IMG/VR virus record: IMGVR_UViG_3300030419_004857
Span: 97,266-161,265 of that record
Source of the DNA: a virus
Reading direction: 5' to 3' (one strand)
DNA length: 64,000 bases
A model generated the notes under the pieces. It was given only the letters and a program-made list of their open reading frames with translations. It had not been told where the DNA came from and searched no databases. Positions 1 through 10,475 of this stretch are shown in pieces (positions within the stretch are counted from its first letter, which is position 1; every line of letters begins with the position of its first letter). The position numbers and the translations under genes were made by a program.

Positions 1-468
1 TGGTATTAAGGAAGAGATTGAATCTATAATTAATACGCAATTTGGCGTCTGTTTAATGTAGGATTCTGCAATATTGAGATAATACTCTGCACTCATTGGC
101 TCTTCATGAGTTCCTACAACTTTTATCCCGTCTCGATTTAGTCCATGAACGCCTTCAAGATTCATAGCCTTTAGCCTACCTTCTGCGTTAAGGTAGATAA
201 TAGGTCTGCTACCATACTCTTTCTTTTGGCAGGTGGCGGCAAATTGTAATGCGGTAGTGGTTTTTCCACTTTTAGGGTCGCCGGTTAGAGTCACCCAACT
301 CCCCTCTTTAATTCCGCCCCCCAAAGCTAGATCCAGTGCGGGGCTAAGCGGAATAGTTTTGAAGTTCTTAATTTCTTCAAATACGTCAGACCCACTCCTA
401 ACCACCTCTCCGTATTTCTTAATGATCTCTTTGGTTGTAGGGTCTTCAAGAAAAGTTTGTTTAGCCAT
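1..468 (-). CDS. RecA/UvsX-like recombinase, N-terminal part (runs off window start; not in ORF track)
   Basis: Manual translation from ATG at 468: MAKQTFLEDP...SPALDLALGGGIKEGSWVTLTGDPKSGKTT...IIYLNAEG...VLIIDSISSLIP; RecA-type Walker A and B. Confidence 0.85.
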   Translation of the reverse strand, partial: MAKQTFLEDPTTKEIIKKYGEVVRSGSDVFEEIKNFKTIPLSPALDLALGGGIKEGSWVTLTGDPKSGKTTTALQFAATCQKKEYGSRPIIYLNAEGRLKAMNLEGVHGLNRDGIKVVGTHEEPMSAEYYLNIAESYIKQTPNCVLIIDSISSLIP

Positions 469-877
469 CTAGTCCTCTTATCTTTTGAGTTAGTCCTTTT
501 TTTCCATAAGGCTTCATCGGCCTTTTATCGGTATTGTCTTCGTACTTGCCATCCTTCTTTGGTTGATTGTCTATCCTTTTTTGCTCTTGAACAATCAATC
601 CCTCCAAAGACTTTACCCTAAGAGAGTAGATACTTCTCCCTCTATCGGATTTTAATGCTCCTATGATGGCTTTGTCAGTATATTTTTTTAGGAGTTGGTA
701 AGCTTTGGTAACTTGGCTTTTAAACTTGGACTGCCATTTTTTAGTGTTCCATAGCTTATATCCGGGTCTGCCTTCGTTAAATCTTTCAGCCTCACGAAGA
801 CAAACCATTTCAGCAATATACTGAGCAGCGTTACAAGGTTGACCAGTGGTAACGTGCTTGTAGTTTTTATCAGTCAC
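461..877 (-). CDS. hypothetical phage protein
   Basis: 138 aa ORF overlapping neighbours in operon. Confidence 0.6.
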   Translation of the reverse strand: MTDKNYKHVTTGQPCNAAQYIAEMVCLREAERFNEGRPGYKLWNTKKWQSKFKSQVTKAYQLLKKYTDKAIIGALKSDRGRSIYSLRVKSLEGLIVQEQKRIDNQPKKDGKYEDNTDKRPMKPYGKKGLTQKIRGLDG

Positions 878-1322
878 TCAAAATACCTTTTTTAGCAATC
901 AATGATTCTTCTGATTCAATGGGGTCTCTTAACTCAACAGTCTCTGGAACAAGTTCGGGAAGTCGCCACTTTCTTACTTGCAGAGTATCACCGTTTAGGG
1001 TTCCTATAATAAAAGAGTGTACGGTTTCGTCCCCGAACAAAAAGGCTCCCGCTCCCTTGCAAAAGAAATATCCGTCACAATTAGATTCTATAGATTTCAC
1101 ATTTCCTTTGTTCCTAATCTTCATATCCGTAATGTGTAAATCGTTTTCTTCACAATAAATTTTCAACCTTATCCATGCACTCTCTGGATAGACATTGGGT
1201 CTATAATCATCCTGATACACAGATTCTCCATTTGACAAAGTAACCATCCATATAGGATTAGAATCTGCATAAACGCTAACGTACTCATTTAGCTCTTTTG
1301 ATACAAGATCATTACTCATCAT
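870..1322 (-). CDS. hypothetical phage protein
   Basis: 150 aa ORF, coupled to neighbours. Confidence 0.6.
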   Translation of the reverse strand: MMSNDLVSKELNEYVSVYADSNPIWMVTLSNGESVYQDDYRPNVYPESAWIRLKIYCEENDLHITDMKIRNKGNVKSIESNCDGYFFCKGAGAFLFGDETVHSFIIGTLNGDTLQVRKWRLPELVPETVELRDPIESEESLIAKKGILSD

Positions 1323-1632
1323 TCTTAGGGGTCCAAATGTGTCCGGTTCTGTCTATTTCGCTTGTTGTTTTTGTTGCGTCGGATAGTTCGGAAGCTGCTG
1401 GAGTCATAACGGAGACACCCTTTTTCCCCGTTGCGGTATTTGTTCCCATTAAGTTTCCAACAGTATGACCGTCTATTTTTTTTGAACCTTCTTCTTTTGT
1501 AGATGTCTTTAAATAGTTCTTGATAACTTTTTCAGACCTATTCAAATCTTCTGCAAACTCTTTTAAAGAAGCCTCGTTGTTATCCAGATAGAACTTCTCT
1601 GCCTTATTGAGGGGACCACTTTTTTTAGACAT
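1312..1632 (-). CDS. hypothetical protein, possible HTH
   Basis: SLKEFAEDLNRSEKVIKNYL is HTH-like. Confidence 0.5.
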   Translation of the reverse strand: MSKKSGPLNKAEKFYLDNNEASLKEFAEDLNRSEKVIKNYLKTSTKEEGSKKIDGHTVGNLMGTNTATGKKGVSVMTPAASELSDATKTTSEIDRTGHIWTPKNDE

Positions 1633-1921
1633 TTGTTATGTAACTCCTTTCGGCTCTCGTAAACGAGTTCTTGCTTTTTGTTTTTAAATAGTGAGAATAA
1701 AAATCGAAGGTTTCTTTTGTAACTAGCTTAAATGAAAAGAACGCAGACATGGATCGCTCTTTTCCACTATCAATACCTGTAGGGTCAAACATTCTATTGT
1801 TTAAAAACTTAATAAAGTATAGTGTTTTATTCGGATATTCCTTAATTTTTGCACAGCATTTCTGATCCTGTTCGTTGATTAGTTCACCATTCTTATCCAG
1901 ATGCGTTACAGCTTCCATCAT
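1625..1921 (-). CDS. hypothetical phage protein
   Basis: 98 aa ORF in operon. Confidence 0.55.
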   Translation of the reverse strand: MMEAVTHLDKNGELINEQDQKCCAKIKEYPNKTLYFIKFLNNRMFDPTGIDSGKERSMSAFFSFKLVTKETFDFYSHYLKTKSKNSFTRAERSYITNV

Positions 1922-1927
1922 TATCCC

Positions 1928-2173
1928 CTAAGAAATATAAAGATGTGTTACTCCGCCTTCGTTGTAGTCCATATCTTTAATCGATCTTTCGACACATGGA
2001 CGTATGCGATATTCGCCTTCTAACACGGTTACCCAGCTTTCGCCACCGCAATCATCGACAGAGCAATGAGCTATGATTTTTTCAATTTTATCCGACTCAT
2101 GAGATTTTGCCATCTCAACCAATTCTGCTCCGCAATCGGCGCATTTTATAAATTTTATTAAACCGTCGTCCAT
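1928..2173 (-). CDS. small Zn-ribbon protein
   Basis: CADC...CSVDDC. Confidence 0.55.
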   Translation of the reverse strand: MDDGLIKFIKCADCGAELVEMAKSHESDKIEKIIAHCSVDDCGGESWVTVLEGEYRIRPCVERSIKDMDYNEGGVTHLYIS

Positions 2174-2505
2174 TATTGCTTTCCGGTCCTGACGTATCGG
2201 TGTTTTTGACCATCACTCATATTATTGATGTCGGAAGAGGTTGCGCCCCCAGATTTATGATACCAAACTTCCTCCTTTTTGTCAACCTTTTTATCCTGAC
2301 CGCCTCTCTTTTTTGCGTTCTGCTCTCCCAATTGTCCCAGAGTAGTCGCCTCTCCGTGAACAAAACCGCTAGTTCTCTCTATGACTCTTTGCAATTTGTG
2401 CTTCTTACATTCCGGGCATTTTTTTCGAGTTTTATACTCTCTCATCGGAATAACTTCGGAAAACCTGTGATCACAAGCATTGCATTTATATGCGTATTCT
2501 GGCAT
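2173..2505 (-). CDS. FmdB-family zinc ribbon protein
   Basis: MPEYAYKCNACDHRF...CPEC signature. Confidence 0.8.
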   Translation of the reverse strand: MPEYAYKCNACDHRFSEVIPMREYKTRKKCPECKKHKLQRVIERTSGFVHGEATTLGQLGEQNAKKRGGQDKKVDKKEEVWYHKSGGATSSDINNMSDGQKHRYVRTGKQ

Positions 2506-2506
2506 T

Positions 2507-2848
2507 TTACCGTCCTAAATAATACAATAAACAAAACTGTAATATTGACAATGTAATTGTAACAATCCAAGCATAACGTTTTTTCCAGTGGTATAAGAAT
2601 ATCAAAGCGCCTAAAGACGTGACTGTTCCCGCCATCTTGATGCCCATAAAAAGAGCCACATCGCCTTGATCTAATTCTATAAGATATCTACCAATGGGAT
2701 TTTCTTCGATTTGAGCTATGATATGTTGATTCTTAATACACCAATACAAATCTACCGAAGAAATCAAACCTATAGACAGCCACAAAAGAGCAAAATAATA
2801 CTTATGGTATTCCTTTGGTATTATGGGAGCTATATGAAATTTACTCAT
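2507..2848 (-). CDS. DUF5658-like membrane protein
   Basis: three hydrophobic segments with D...ENP motif. Confidence 0.55.
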   Translation of the reverse strand: MSKFHIAPIIPKEYHKYYFALLWLSIGLISSVDLYWCIKNQHIIAQIEENPIGRYLIELDQGDVALFMGIKMAGTVTSLGALIFLYHWKKRYAWIVTITLSILQFCLLYYLGR

Positions 2849-3491
2849 CTTCCAGTCGATCCAAAACTTTAGCTATAATTTTATTCCTGATTATATCGCA
2901 TCTTTCTAATTCTACAAGCCCTACGCCTTTGAGATTGTCCAATCTGTCTAAACACTCTTCCAGCCCCCCTTTAAGGTTTTGTGGAAGATCAGACTGTTCT
3001 ATGTCGCCATTTATTACGCATTTAGATTGAGACCCCATCCTCGTAATCAACATCTTTATTTGTTCATACGTAGCGTTTTGTGCCTCATCTAGTATTATAA
3101 ACGAATTATGGAAATTTCTCCCACGCATATACTCAAGTGGGCAAATTTCTACATGCTTTTCCTTGATAAGTCTTTCTGTAACCTGTGTTGACAAGTACAT
3201 ATTCATTTCTTCAAAAATAGGAACGAGATATGGATGTATCTTGTCTTGAAAAGTTCCCGGTAGAAATCCCAACCCCTTACCCGATTCTACTACTGGTCTG
3301 GTAACTATTATTCTGTCTATTTTACCCTCCAGTATCTGCCCACAGGCCACTCCCACAGCTATGGTAGTTTTACCAGTTCCCGCTGGACCTATACATATTG
3401 TTATATCAGAATCAATCATTTCTCTGATATATTTTGCTTGATTTTCTGTTTTTGGTTTAAGTTTTCTACCAGCGCGTTTTTTTCTTTGCAT
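2841..3491 (-). CDS. phoH: PhoH-family ATPase
   Basis: GPAGTGKT, TRPVVE, GFLPG, YMRGRNF, ILDEAQN, GDIEQSD. Confidence 0.95.
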   Translation of the reverse strand: MQRKKRAGRKLKPKTENQAKYIREMIDSDITICIGPAGTGKTTIAVGVACGQILEGKIDRIIVTRPVVESGKGLGFLPGTFQDKIHPYLVPIFEEMNMYLSTQVTERLIKEKHVEICPLEYMRGRNFHNSFIILDEAQNATYEQIKMLITRMGSQSKCVINGDIEQSDLPQNLKGGLEECLDRLDNLKGVGLVELERCDIIRNKIIAKVLDRLEDE

Positions 3492-3494
3492 ATG

Positions 3495-3941
3495 TTATTT
3501 ACCTGATGAACCAAAACCGCCACTGCCTCTATCGGTTTCATTCAGGTCTACAACTTCCCGCAAATAAAAATTATCTACTTTTTGAATTAAAATTTGGGCT
3601 ATCCTGTCCCCTGAATTAATCGTATAGGGACGGTCGTTACTGTTATATAAACAAACCTTAATTTCTCCTCTGTATCCAGAGTCCACAACTCCAGCAAATC
3701 TATGGATGCCTTTTACACCCATAGAAGATCTATCCCAAATAAGACCAGCATGGTTTCTTGGTAAAGCCATGGCTATTCCAGTTGGGATCAATTTAGATTC
3801 TTTAGGATTTAAAATTATCTCCTTTTCGGTACAAACATACAAGTCAAAACCGGCGTCTGTTAAATTCGCTTTAGTGGGAATGGTTGCGTTTTGTTTTAGT
3901 CTTTGAACTTCAATCCCCCCCACCTCTGCTGAAATTGCCAT
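3495..3941 (-). CDS. dut: dUTP diphosphatase
   Basis: AGFDL, RSS, GVVDSGYRGE, RGSGGFGSSG. Confidence 0.95.
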   Translation of the reverse strand: MAISAEVGGIEVQRLKQNATIPTKANLTDAGFDLYVCTEKEIILNPKESKLIPTGIAMALPRNHAGLIWDRSSMGVKGIHRFAGVVDSGYRGEIKVCLYNSNDRPYTINSGDRIAQILIQKVDNFYLREVVDLNETDRGSGGFGSSGK

Positions 3942-3969
3942 CCGTTATCGCTCCTTGCTTAAGTTTAGA

Positions 3970-6150
3970 TTATATTTCACACTTTCCTCCAGCACATGCT
4001 ATCTCATGTTCTGGCACTACATTATCTTCTTCCTCTATGCATTCGGTATAATCTACAGAAGAATAGGAGCGTTTAACGTCAACCCATTCTTTCCAATTGT
4101 AGACATCCTTCATGCAGTAAGTGAGACTTTTAATATCACCATCCATATACTTATCAGCAAATCTTTGACATCTATCGGCCCAATCCTTCTTGCCGTTACC
4201 TTTAACCTTTTGACCAAGACCCAGCAAGGCATCGCAAGCAGCCCACAGATTGTCTTCCCATAAGTTCAACGCAACTTCAATTAACCCACTAACAAATACG
4301 GCTCCGTCTCCATAATGAGACACCATTTCGCTAGGTAAGTAAATAGTGGTGAAAGGAGCTTGGGGATAGTCTTTATCCCCGCTCACTGGAAGAAGTGAAA
4401 CTCCACAGAAGTATCTACGATTCTTGTAGATGAATTTTTCTACTTCGTCCCACTCTTCTGGTTTAACATTAATAGTGTTTGATACATTATGCTGTAAATA
4501 CGATTGAACACAAAGAGAGTCGGTTTTTCCTACCATAACCCAATTTTGCTGGGTGCTCTTAACATAATTTAGAAGACCGATGGCGCTGATCTTGTTCTTT
4601 AATTTGGACCCGTCTGGAACCTCTATACAGAAGGATATCACATCATCAGAGTCATTAGCGGACCAGACTGATTCCTCACAGGCTCTAGGATTTGTCTTTC
4701 TGAAATGCTGGTAGATGTTTTCCATTTTATTAGCTTGCACACGTCTAATGTACCGCTTGGCGTGGTGTGGATGAATGCCGGAACTAGTACCAAGAATGCA
4801 TGAAGCCGTACCTTCTGGCTTGATACATGTTGCCCTAGCGGCTTGATTGATACCAATAATTTTAGCTATTTCTTTGTTCGCTTTCTTGACCTCTCTCGCT
4901 CCTTCTTTTTGTATATCTGGGTCAAGACAAATTTTATGTTGTTCCATTATGCCGGTCATTGAAACCCCAAGCAGAGCTTCACGCTTAAGGATCTTCTCTG
5001 TGATTTCTCCTAGATATGGCATGGATGTAAAGCCAGCTTGTAAAGTTCCTATTATGGATGCGGCTCTACAAGACTCTAGAAACTCTTTCTTAGTCTTGAT
5101 CTTGGCGCAATTGATTGTGCTAAGATTACAAGCTTGCCAGCCCGTTTCTCCGGTTTCGTCGTCGATTGGATAAAGTCCAATTTCAACACAAGGATTGACA
5201 ACAAATTCTGTAGAGTCTGCCCATACAAAACCCGGCTCTCCAAACTCCTTCACTGACTGCATCAAAGAAGAAAATTGTTCAGGAGTCGTTGAATCCCGTA
5301 GTAAAAGAGCAGAATTATTAGACCTGCCACGTTGAGGATTATCGTGAAACCAATTACCAGTCTTTGCCATTGCCATATCTTCATCGTCTGGCGAAAAAAC
5401 ACAAATCGTAGCACTTCTGCGTACACCGCCAGAAATAACAGCGTCAGCAGCATGCATAACAACATCGTAGACATGAATTGGCTCCAATTTCTTTACACTG
5501 AATAACGCCTCTTTTATAGCCTTGTCTAAAACCTTTTTGATATTAGTAAGGGCTTTTTTAAGAGGCTCTGGACCGGGAGCTTTTCCTGAACTGGAGCTAA
5601 GATAAGATCCGGCAGGTCTGATTTCAGAAAAATCAAAGTTTACATTCTTCCCTTCGTATTCAGGAAACAGGCCACTATCCACAAAATAGCTGCTGACTAA
5701 AACTCCAACTGCGTCAGACCATCCCTCAATAGTATCTGGTATTGTGTATTTTTTTGTGCCTTCTTTTTTAAGAATGATATCCGGTAATTTTTTTACGTGG
5801 TGTTTTTGAACCGAAAAGCCCACCCCGCAGCCACACAATAAAAGATACATGCATTCCTGAAAAAATCGTGGTCTATCGGAAAACGATGCAATGCAATTAT
5901 ATACTCTAGCGTTATGCTTAACTATTGGAGAGCCTCCAAACTGTAAGGCTCTTTGTGATCCTAGAACTCTCTTTTTATACATCATATCATATGCCCATTC
6001 GATTTCCCCATTTGCTTCTGGGTACTGAGCATACATCATGTTTTTAACTCTGTCTACTGACTCTTTCCAAGTCTCTCTTCTTTTTTTCTCTGGAATCCAC
6101 CTTGCGTATTTACCGACAAAGGTGTAATTTTGCAATTCCGTTAGCGACAT
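3970..6150 (-). CDS. nrdJ: class II (adenosylcobalamin-dependent) ribonucleotide reductase
   Basis: YNC, GCGVGFS, GGVRRSA, NPCVEI, ACNL, KPEGT, C-terminal CAGGKC; no beta subunit adjacent. Confidence 0.9.
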   Translation of the reverse strand: MSLTELQNYTFVGKYARWIPEKKRRETWKESVDRVKNMMYAQYPEANGEIEWAYDMMYKKRVLGSQRALQFGGSPIVKHNARVYNCIASFSDRPRFFQECMYLLLCGCGVGFSVQKHHVKKLPDIILKKEGTKKYTIPDTIEGWSDAVGVLVSSYFVDSGLFPEYEGKNVNFDFSEIRPAGSYLSSSSGKAPGPEPLKKALTNIKKVLDKAIKEALFSVKKLEPIHVYDVVMHAADAVISGGVRRSATICVFSPDDEDMAMAKTGNWFHDNPQRGRSNNSALLLRDSTTPEQFSSLMQSVKEFGEPGFVWADSTEFVVNPCVEIGLYPIDDETGETGWQACNLSTINCAKIKTKKEFLESCRAASIIGTLQAGFTSMPYLGEITEKILKREALLGVSMTGIMEQHKICLDPDIQKEGAREVKKANKEIAKIIGINQAARATCIKPEGTASCILGTSSGIHPHHAKRYIRRVQANKMENIYQHFRKTNPRACEESVWSANDSDDVISFCIEVPDGSKLKNKISAIGLLNYVKSTQQNWVMVGKTDSLCVQSYLQHNVSNTINVKPEEWDEVEKFIYKNRRYFCGVSLLPVSGDKDYPQAPFTTIYLPSEMVSHYGDGAVFVSGLIEVALNLWEDNLWAACDALLGLGQKVKGNGKKDWADRCQRFADKYMDGDIKSLTYCMKDVYNWKEWVDVKRSYSSVDYTECIEEEDNVVPEHEIACAGGKCEI

Positions 6151-6548
6151 TATCTTTCCCTACCGTACTTTTTCTTAGTTGCGTGACCGTCCATTACCAT
6201 TCTTTCAGATATGTCTTCTCCGTCGACAAAAACATATCCTAAAACTCTATTGAAGGTAAACACATCTTTTATTTCTCCGTCTTCGTCTGCTGGAATGAAA
6301 AGAACAACATCCTTGTTAAACTTTTTTCTTCCGTAGTATAAAACTCTTTTCCCCAACAGATCTTCTATGTGGTGCTTGGCCGCTAAACCCTTCTCTTTTT
6401 CTTCTAGGTCTCCAGTTCGAGTTTCCGCACACCAGCAGTCCTTTAATCTCACTCTAATTGTTTTTTCTATTTTTAGATCTATCGTATCACCATCTACAAC
6501 ATTTACTACTTTTGCGTCTGTAACGATGCCTTTGGGTGGTTCTTGCAT
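6150..6548 (-). CDS. thermonuclease (SNase-like)
   Basis: VVDGDT...RVRL...AET...RVLG. Confidence 0.85.
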   Translation of the reverse strand: MQEPPKGIVTDAKVVNVVDGDTIDLKIEKTIRVRLKDCWCAETRTGDLEEKEKGLAAKHHIEDLLGKRVLYYGRKKFNKDVVLFIPADEDGEIKDVFTFNRVLGYVFVDGEDISERMVMDGHATKKKYGRER

Positions 6549-7183
6549 GATTGTAACCGTATATGAATTGTTGAGTCTGATTCTTCATTTTCATATCCTG
6601 TGATTAACGAGCCATCCCATTTGGTCCTGACATAATCTAGCAACTCATCTCTGTTGTAATAGTGTAGATTCGGATCTCTGTATTGAGTTTCTGTGGTATC
6701 ATCTAGGAAATTAAACGCGACATGTTTATTCGCTAGCTCACACAGATTTTCGATCCCTCTCCTTATGTGAGAGTTGTTATCGTCCACTTTTATGGTAAAA
6801 GTTCCGCTAGCAAAAACATAGTCCCACGAGGTTGGAAGTCCTGACACTCCGAATTCAGCCAGTCGAGACAGACTTCCGTTTAAGAAAGTTCCATCTGGAT
6901 TTTTTCTGCAAGCTTCTCTGATCATCATAGTGTTAATATCTATTCCAGTGTAAGAAACATCGGAATACTTTTGCAAGTAGCCCAAAAAATCTCCAACACC
7001 ACATCCCACGTCAAGTACAGAACAACCATCTAGGTCATGGTCTAGAACCAATTGGCTCCATCTGTTTTCTTGAGTGTCTTTACTGGCCCAGCCTACAAAT
7101 CTGCTATCTGATGAATCTGTAAGTATCAGATGTTTTCCGTAGTACTTTAATATCCTTTGGTAGTCTTCTATCATGGTACGCAA
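6506..7183 (-). CDS. class I SAM-dependent methyltransferase
   Basis: VLDVGCGVG, YTGIDI, DYVFASGTF. Confidence 0.85.
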   Translation of the reverse strand: MRTMIEDYQRILKYYGKHLILTDSSDSRFVGWASKDTQENRWSQLVLDHDLDGCSVLDVGCGVGDFLGYLQKYSDVSYTGIDINTMMIREACRKNPDGTFLNGSLSRLAEFGVSGLPTSWDYVFASGTFTIKVDDNNSHIRRGIENLCELANKHVAFNFLDDTTETQYRDPNLHYYNRDELLDYVRTKWDGSLITGYENEESDSTIHIRLQSCKNHPKASLQTQK

Positions 7184-7210
7184 AAAGGTTCGCAGATTTC
7201 TGCGAACCTT
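7182..7210 (-). terminator. rho-independent terminator
   Basis: AAGGTTCGCAGA/TCTGCGAACCTT inverted repeat followed by a T-run on the minus strand. Confidence 0.7.
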
Positions 7211-7327
7211 GTTAATCTTTACACTATAGTTTGTTTGATAAGCATGATGTTATTCCTTCGTTTGTATATGATTATACACGAAAGCGGATCAATTCACTTT
7301 TAATTTTCTAGTTCTTGACCATATCAT

Positions 7328-7780
7328 TTAGGAAGGCAGATGTGGGTCAAGATAGGTAATTACAAGACCATTTTCGAGCAGATGGTTGTACACAATTTTG
7401 TCTTCTTCTGTTTCCCCGTGAGCTTTGGAACCTTTTGGGACGTACCACTCACGAACCCCCGTTTGCCACAAAAGTTTTGCACAAGTGGAGCAAGGCAGGT
7501 GTGTAATGTAAGCTTTGTAGCAGTCAATCTGTTTAACGACTAAATTGCTTACCGCGTTGGCTTCTGCATGTACTATGAACGGATACTTGTCAGGTCTGGT
7601 GGTGGGGAGATCGTCTTCTTTTACCGAAGAACAAAACCCATTATACCCAACCCCAACGATTATATTGGGGTTGCCAACTATCACACATCCAACTTTGGTT
7701 TCTGAATCATGACTGCGTATAGACGCATAATGCGCCATACCCATAAAGTACTCATCCCACGTTGGTCGATTCGTAACCAC
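7328..7780 (-). CDS. dCMP deaminase
   Basis: RPTWDEYFM, GYNG, VHAEANA, PCSTC. Confidence 0.9.
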   Translation of the reverse strand: MVTNRPTWDEYFMGMAHYASIRSHDSETKVGCVIVGNPNIIVGVGYNGFCSSVKEDDLPTTRPDKYPFIVHAEANAVSNLVVKQIDCYKAYITHLPCSTCAKLLWQTGVREWYVPKGSKAHGETEEDKIVYNHLLENGLVITYLDPHLPS

Positions 7781-7859
7781 GTTTTTGATTCCTTGTTCTT
7801 CTTTCCCTTTTTAGCTTCTTCTTGTCTCTTTTACTTTTACGTCTTACTGTTTTACCCAT
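7752..7859 (-). CDS. small Lys/Arg-rich peptide (35 aa, below ORF-track cutoff)
   Basis: MGKTVRRKSKRDKKKLKRERRTRNQKRGYESTNVG; fills the gap between genes. Confidence 0.45.
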   Translation of the reverse strand: MGKTVRRKSKRDKKKLKRERRTRNQKRGYESTNVG

Positions 7860-7860
7860 T

Positions 7861-8220
7861 TTAAAAAGCTCTAATAAAATTGTTCGCTGTAACTGTTTTC
7901 ATTTGATTGAAGGAAAGTGGTTCAGATAAAATACATAGATCGTAGTCTCCGGTAGTTTCTTTAACCTGCTTTGGGGTTAAGGTCTCGTATTTTCCACGAA
8001 ACCCCATACACCGCACGGCGTATTTCATGATCTCTTCTTGATTGTTAGAAATTTCTAGGATTCTGTCAAGATGAGAAACCAGAACCCCCTCTTTGTCGAA
8101 AAATTTTTTCAGATATACACATTTGTATAATACATTTTTCTCGTGTCTTTTATCCACATAACCAACAAAACTAATTATGCGAGACAGCGGCTTTTTCCAA
8201 TCTCCTAGATCCTTGCTCAC
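7861..8220 (-). CDS. hypothetical protein
   Basis: 119 aa ORF in operon. Confidence 0.55.
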   Translation of the reverse strand: MSKDLGDWKKPLSRIISFVGYVDKRHEKNVLYKCVYLKKFFDKEGVLVSHLDRILEISNNQEEIMKYAVRCMGFRGKYETLTPKQVKETTGDYDLCILSEPLSFNQMKTVTANNFIRAF

Positions 8221-8222
8221 GT

Positions 8223-9146
8223 CTAATCCTCCAAAATTTCTAAACCATGGACACAGTGTCTAATATCGTCGCTTAACTGAATTTCTTTTTCGAATTCGTT
8301 TGTCTTTATATTATACACCAAAATTCTGGCTGGAGAAGAACCCACGAGGACCGTGTCTCCAGAGCGGGCCAGACCCCTATTCCAGTTATTAGTGGCAATG
8401 TCGTCAAGATGATAAACAGCTTTTTTCATTCTCGGAAGCTTTATAAATTGAAAGATATTTCCATCTTTATCTTTAGAAATTCCCAAACAACTCCAGCTAG
8501 TGAGATTCGCCAACACCATATCATCATATTTATAAAAGTTGTGAATAAAACTCTTGCTTCTGTTCGGCATCATTGGCATAGCTCCGACCGCGTTCATAGT
8601 TTCAAAATCATACAAACAGCTAATCAAACCAGAAAAAACCAATCTTCCGCTATGTGAACAGATGGAGTTTATGTGATAATTATCATCTACTGGAGCACCA
8701 CCGGGTTCTATCTCTCTTAATCCGGTCAAAACTTTATGATCTTGCATGCTCTCACCCAAGACCTCCCAAAATCCCTTGAGATTAAAATCTAAATCCAAAC
8801 ATGCAATAGCATCATACGAAGTTGAAGTCGCCCATATTTGATCTCTAAAAACACAGATTTCATGTATAGATCTTAAAACCGACTCGTCTTTATGACTGCG
8901 TTTTATTTCAAACGTTTGTCTATCTAGCTCCAAAAATCCGGTAGAGTTTGAGACAATTATCCTGTCGTCTAAGACGGCTATGCCTCTAAGACCCCGTTCG
9001 CCCCCTCTTTCATTTTCGTTGGTAAAATCTTCGTCGTATTCCATATAGTGAAGAATTTCTTCAGTATCAGTGTCTATGACATAGAATCCACCATGTATAT
9101 CGCCGGGCTTTGCGGCTCTCACCACTGTGGTGCATACAATTTTCAT
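8223..9146 (-). CDS. putative beta-propeller protein
   Basis: repeated RGIA/HEI/HINSI/HNF/RGLA blade-like motifs. Confidence 0.55.
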   Translation of the reverse strand: MKIVCTTVVRAAKPGDIHGGFYVIDTDTEEILHYMEYDEDFTNENERGGERGLRGIAVLDDRIIVSNSTGFLELDRQTFEIKRSHKDESVLRSIHEICVFRDQIWATSTSYDAIACLDLDFNLKGFWEVLGESMQDHKVLTGLREIEPGGAPVDDNYHINSICSHSGRLVFSGLISCLYDFETMNAVGAMPMMPNRSKSFIHNFYKYDDMVLANLTSWSCLGISKDKDGNIFQFIKLPRMKKAVYHLDDIATNNWNRGLARSGDTVLVGSSPARILVYNIKTNEFEKEIQLSDDIRHCVHGLEILED

Positions 9147-9589
9147 AATACCTTTTTCATCCCGTTATCTATTTTTATAAATCCAAACTGGTTATAAAAG
9201 GGTATATTCTTGTCAGAGCAATTCAAAATGACTTTGTAACACTTTTGCTGTTTTGCAGTCTTGATAAGACTCTTGATAAGCAAGCTTCCTATTCCAGCCC
9301 CTCTATGAGATCTTAAAACAACCACATCTTCAATGTGACCCGCAAACTTGCCGCTAATTTTTTGTTCAGTTAAAAGAGAAGCAGTTCCTACAATGTGTGA
9401 GCCAGAACTAGCTACGACTATATGATAGCTATCATTATCAATAAAGTCATTCCATAGTTTGTCAAAGTTTTTATCTATTTTGTCTTCGTACCATTCTGTC
9501 AAATCCACATTTAACGAAGGAGATAATTCATTAAGTAATTTGAAGTAATGGATGTCAAGATCGGGTCTTTGTAAATTTCTAATCTTCAT
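9143..9589 (-). CDS. glucosamine-6-phosphate N-acetyltransferase (GNA1-like GNAT)
   Basis: GHIEDVVV...RGAGIG...CYKVILNCS...FY..FGF. Confidence 0.85.
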   Translation of the reverse strand: MKIRNLQRPDLDIHYFKLLNELSPSLNVDLTEWYEDKIDKNFDKLWNDFIDNDSYHIVVASSGSHIVGTASLLTEQKISGKFAGHIEDVVVLRSHRGAGIGSLLIKSLIKTAKQQKCYKVILNCSDKNIPFYNQFGFIKIDNGMKKVL

Positions 9590-10475
9590 GGAATGTTACC
9601 ATGAATTCTTGAAACGGTTTAGAAATGTGTTTGAAATCAAACTGTTTATAATCAATTGTTTTACCCTTCAAATATCTTTCGTTAATGTCCTCGTCAGTTA
9701 TTCCCGGTTCAATTTCATCCTCTTTGACTCCCTTGTCATGTATACGATTTATACTGTTATGTATGACCATGCTGTATTCTGGACAGGACATTAAGTAAGG
9801 AACCTTTTTTGATAAATTCCCTTCATATAACATTTTTTGTAGAGTCACTTCGAAATCTGCTTTGCCATAAATTGGAGTCGATGACTCTAGGACATCTTTC
9901 AAAACAGAGCTTCTGTATATATGTCCATTTGTAGAAAAAGGAATTGCAAAGTTTGTGTATGGCTCAATTAACGTAGCATCCCACGCCAAAAATTTGTCCA
10001 GAACAAACTCGCCCTCAGATGGAATGTCAGCAAAATAGTCTTCGTTCTCGTATGGGTTCTGTATTACGGTATTATTTCCCAATCTCAAGGAGAGGGTACA
10101 CGGGTTGTATTTGGAAAATAATTCGAAAACGATCCGGTAAGATAGATCATTGGAAAACAAAACATTTTGGTCGTTAAAGATACATGTTAACAATCTAGCG
10201 TTTTTTAGGTAGAAGAGCAGATCGTCACTAAGATTTGTAGACTCTCTTTCGGCCCATCTTACGGGGTATTTATGACTGTATCTATGTTTTTGATAAAATC
10301 TTTGTTGGGCTACCATGTAACCCTTTTGTAGCTCTGGACTGGAGTATTTATAAAGAACAGTAATGTCAAAAAGGTTTCTTCCATTTTGATACAGACTGTC
10401 TAGTAGTAGGTTTAGTTGGGCTGGCTTGTCTTCTGAGACGATAACTGTGCTAATCATATCAGACGATTTCACCAT
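9579..10475 (-). CDS. GT-A-like glycosyltransferase paralog lacking the acidic motif
   Basis: colinear with 19592 and 20482 (QLxLLLxS, SLRLG, F/YxxPxSxxGHIY); NDQN where the paralogs have TDDD/VDDC. Confidence 0.6.
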   Translation of the reverse strand: MVKSSDMISTVIVSEDKPAQLNLLLDSLYQNGRNLFDITVLYKYSSPELQKGYMVAQQRFYQKHRYSHKYPVRWAERESTNLSDDLLFYLKNARLLTCIFNDQNVLFSNDLSYRIVFELFSKYNPCTLSLRLGNNTVIQNPYENEDYFADIPSEGEFVLDKFLAWDATLIEPYTNFAIPFSTNGHIYRSSVLKDVLESSTPIYGKADFEVTLQKMLYEGNLSKKVPYLMSCPEYSMVIHNSINRIHDKGVKEDEIEPGITDEDINERYLKGKTIDYKQFDFKHISKPFQEFMVTFHED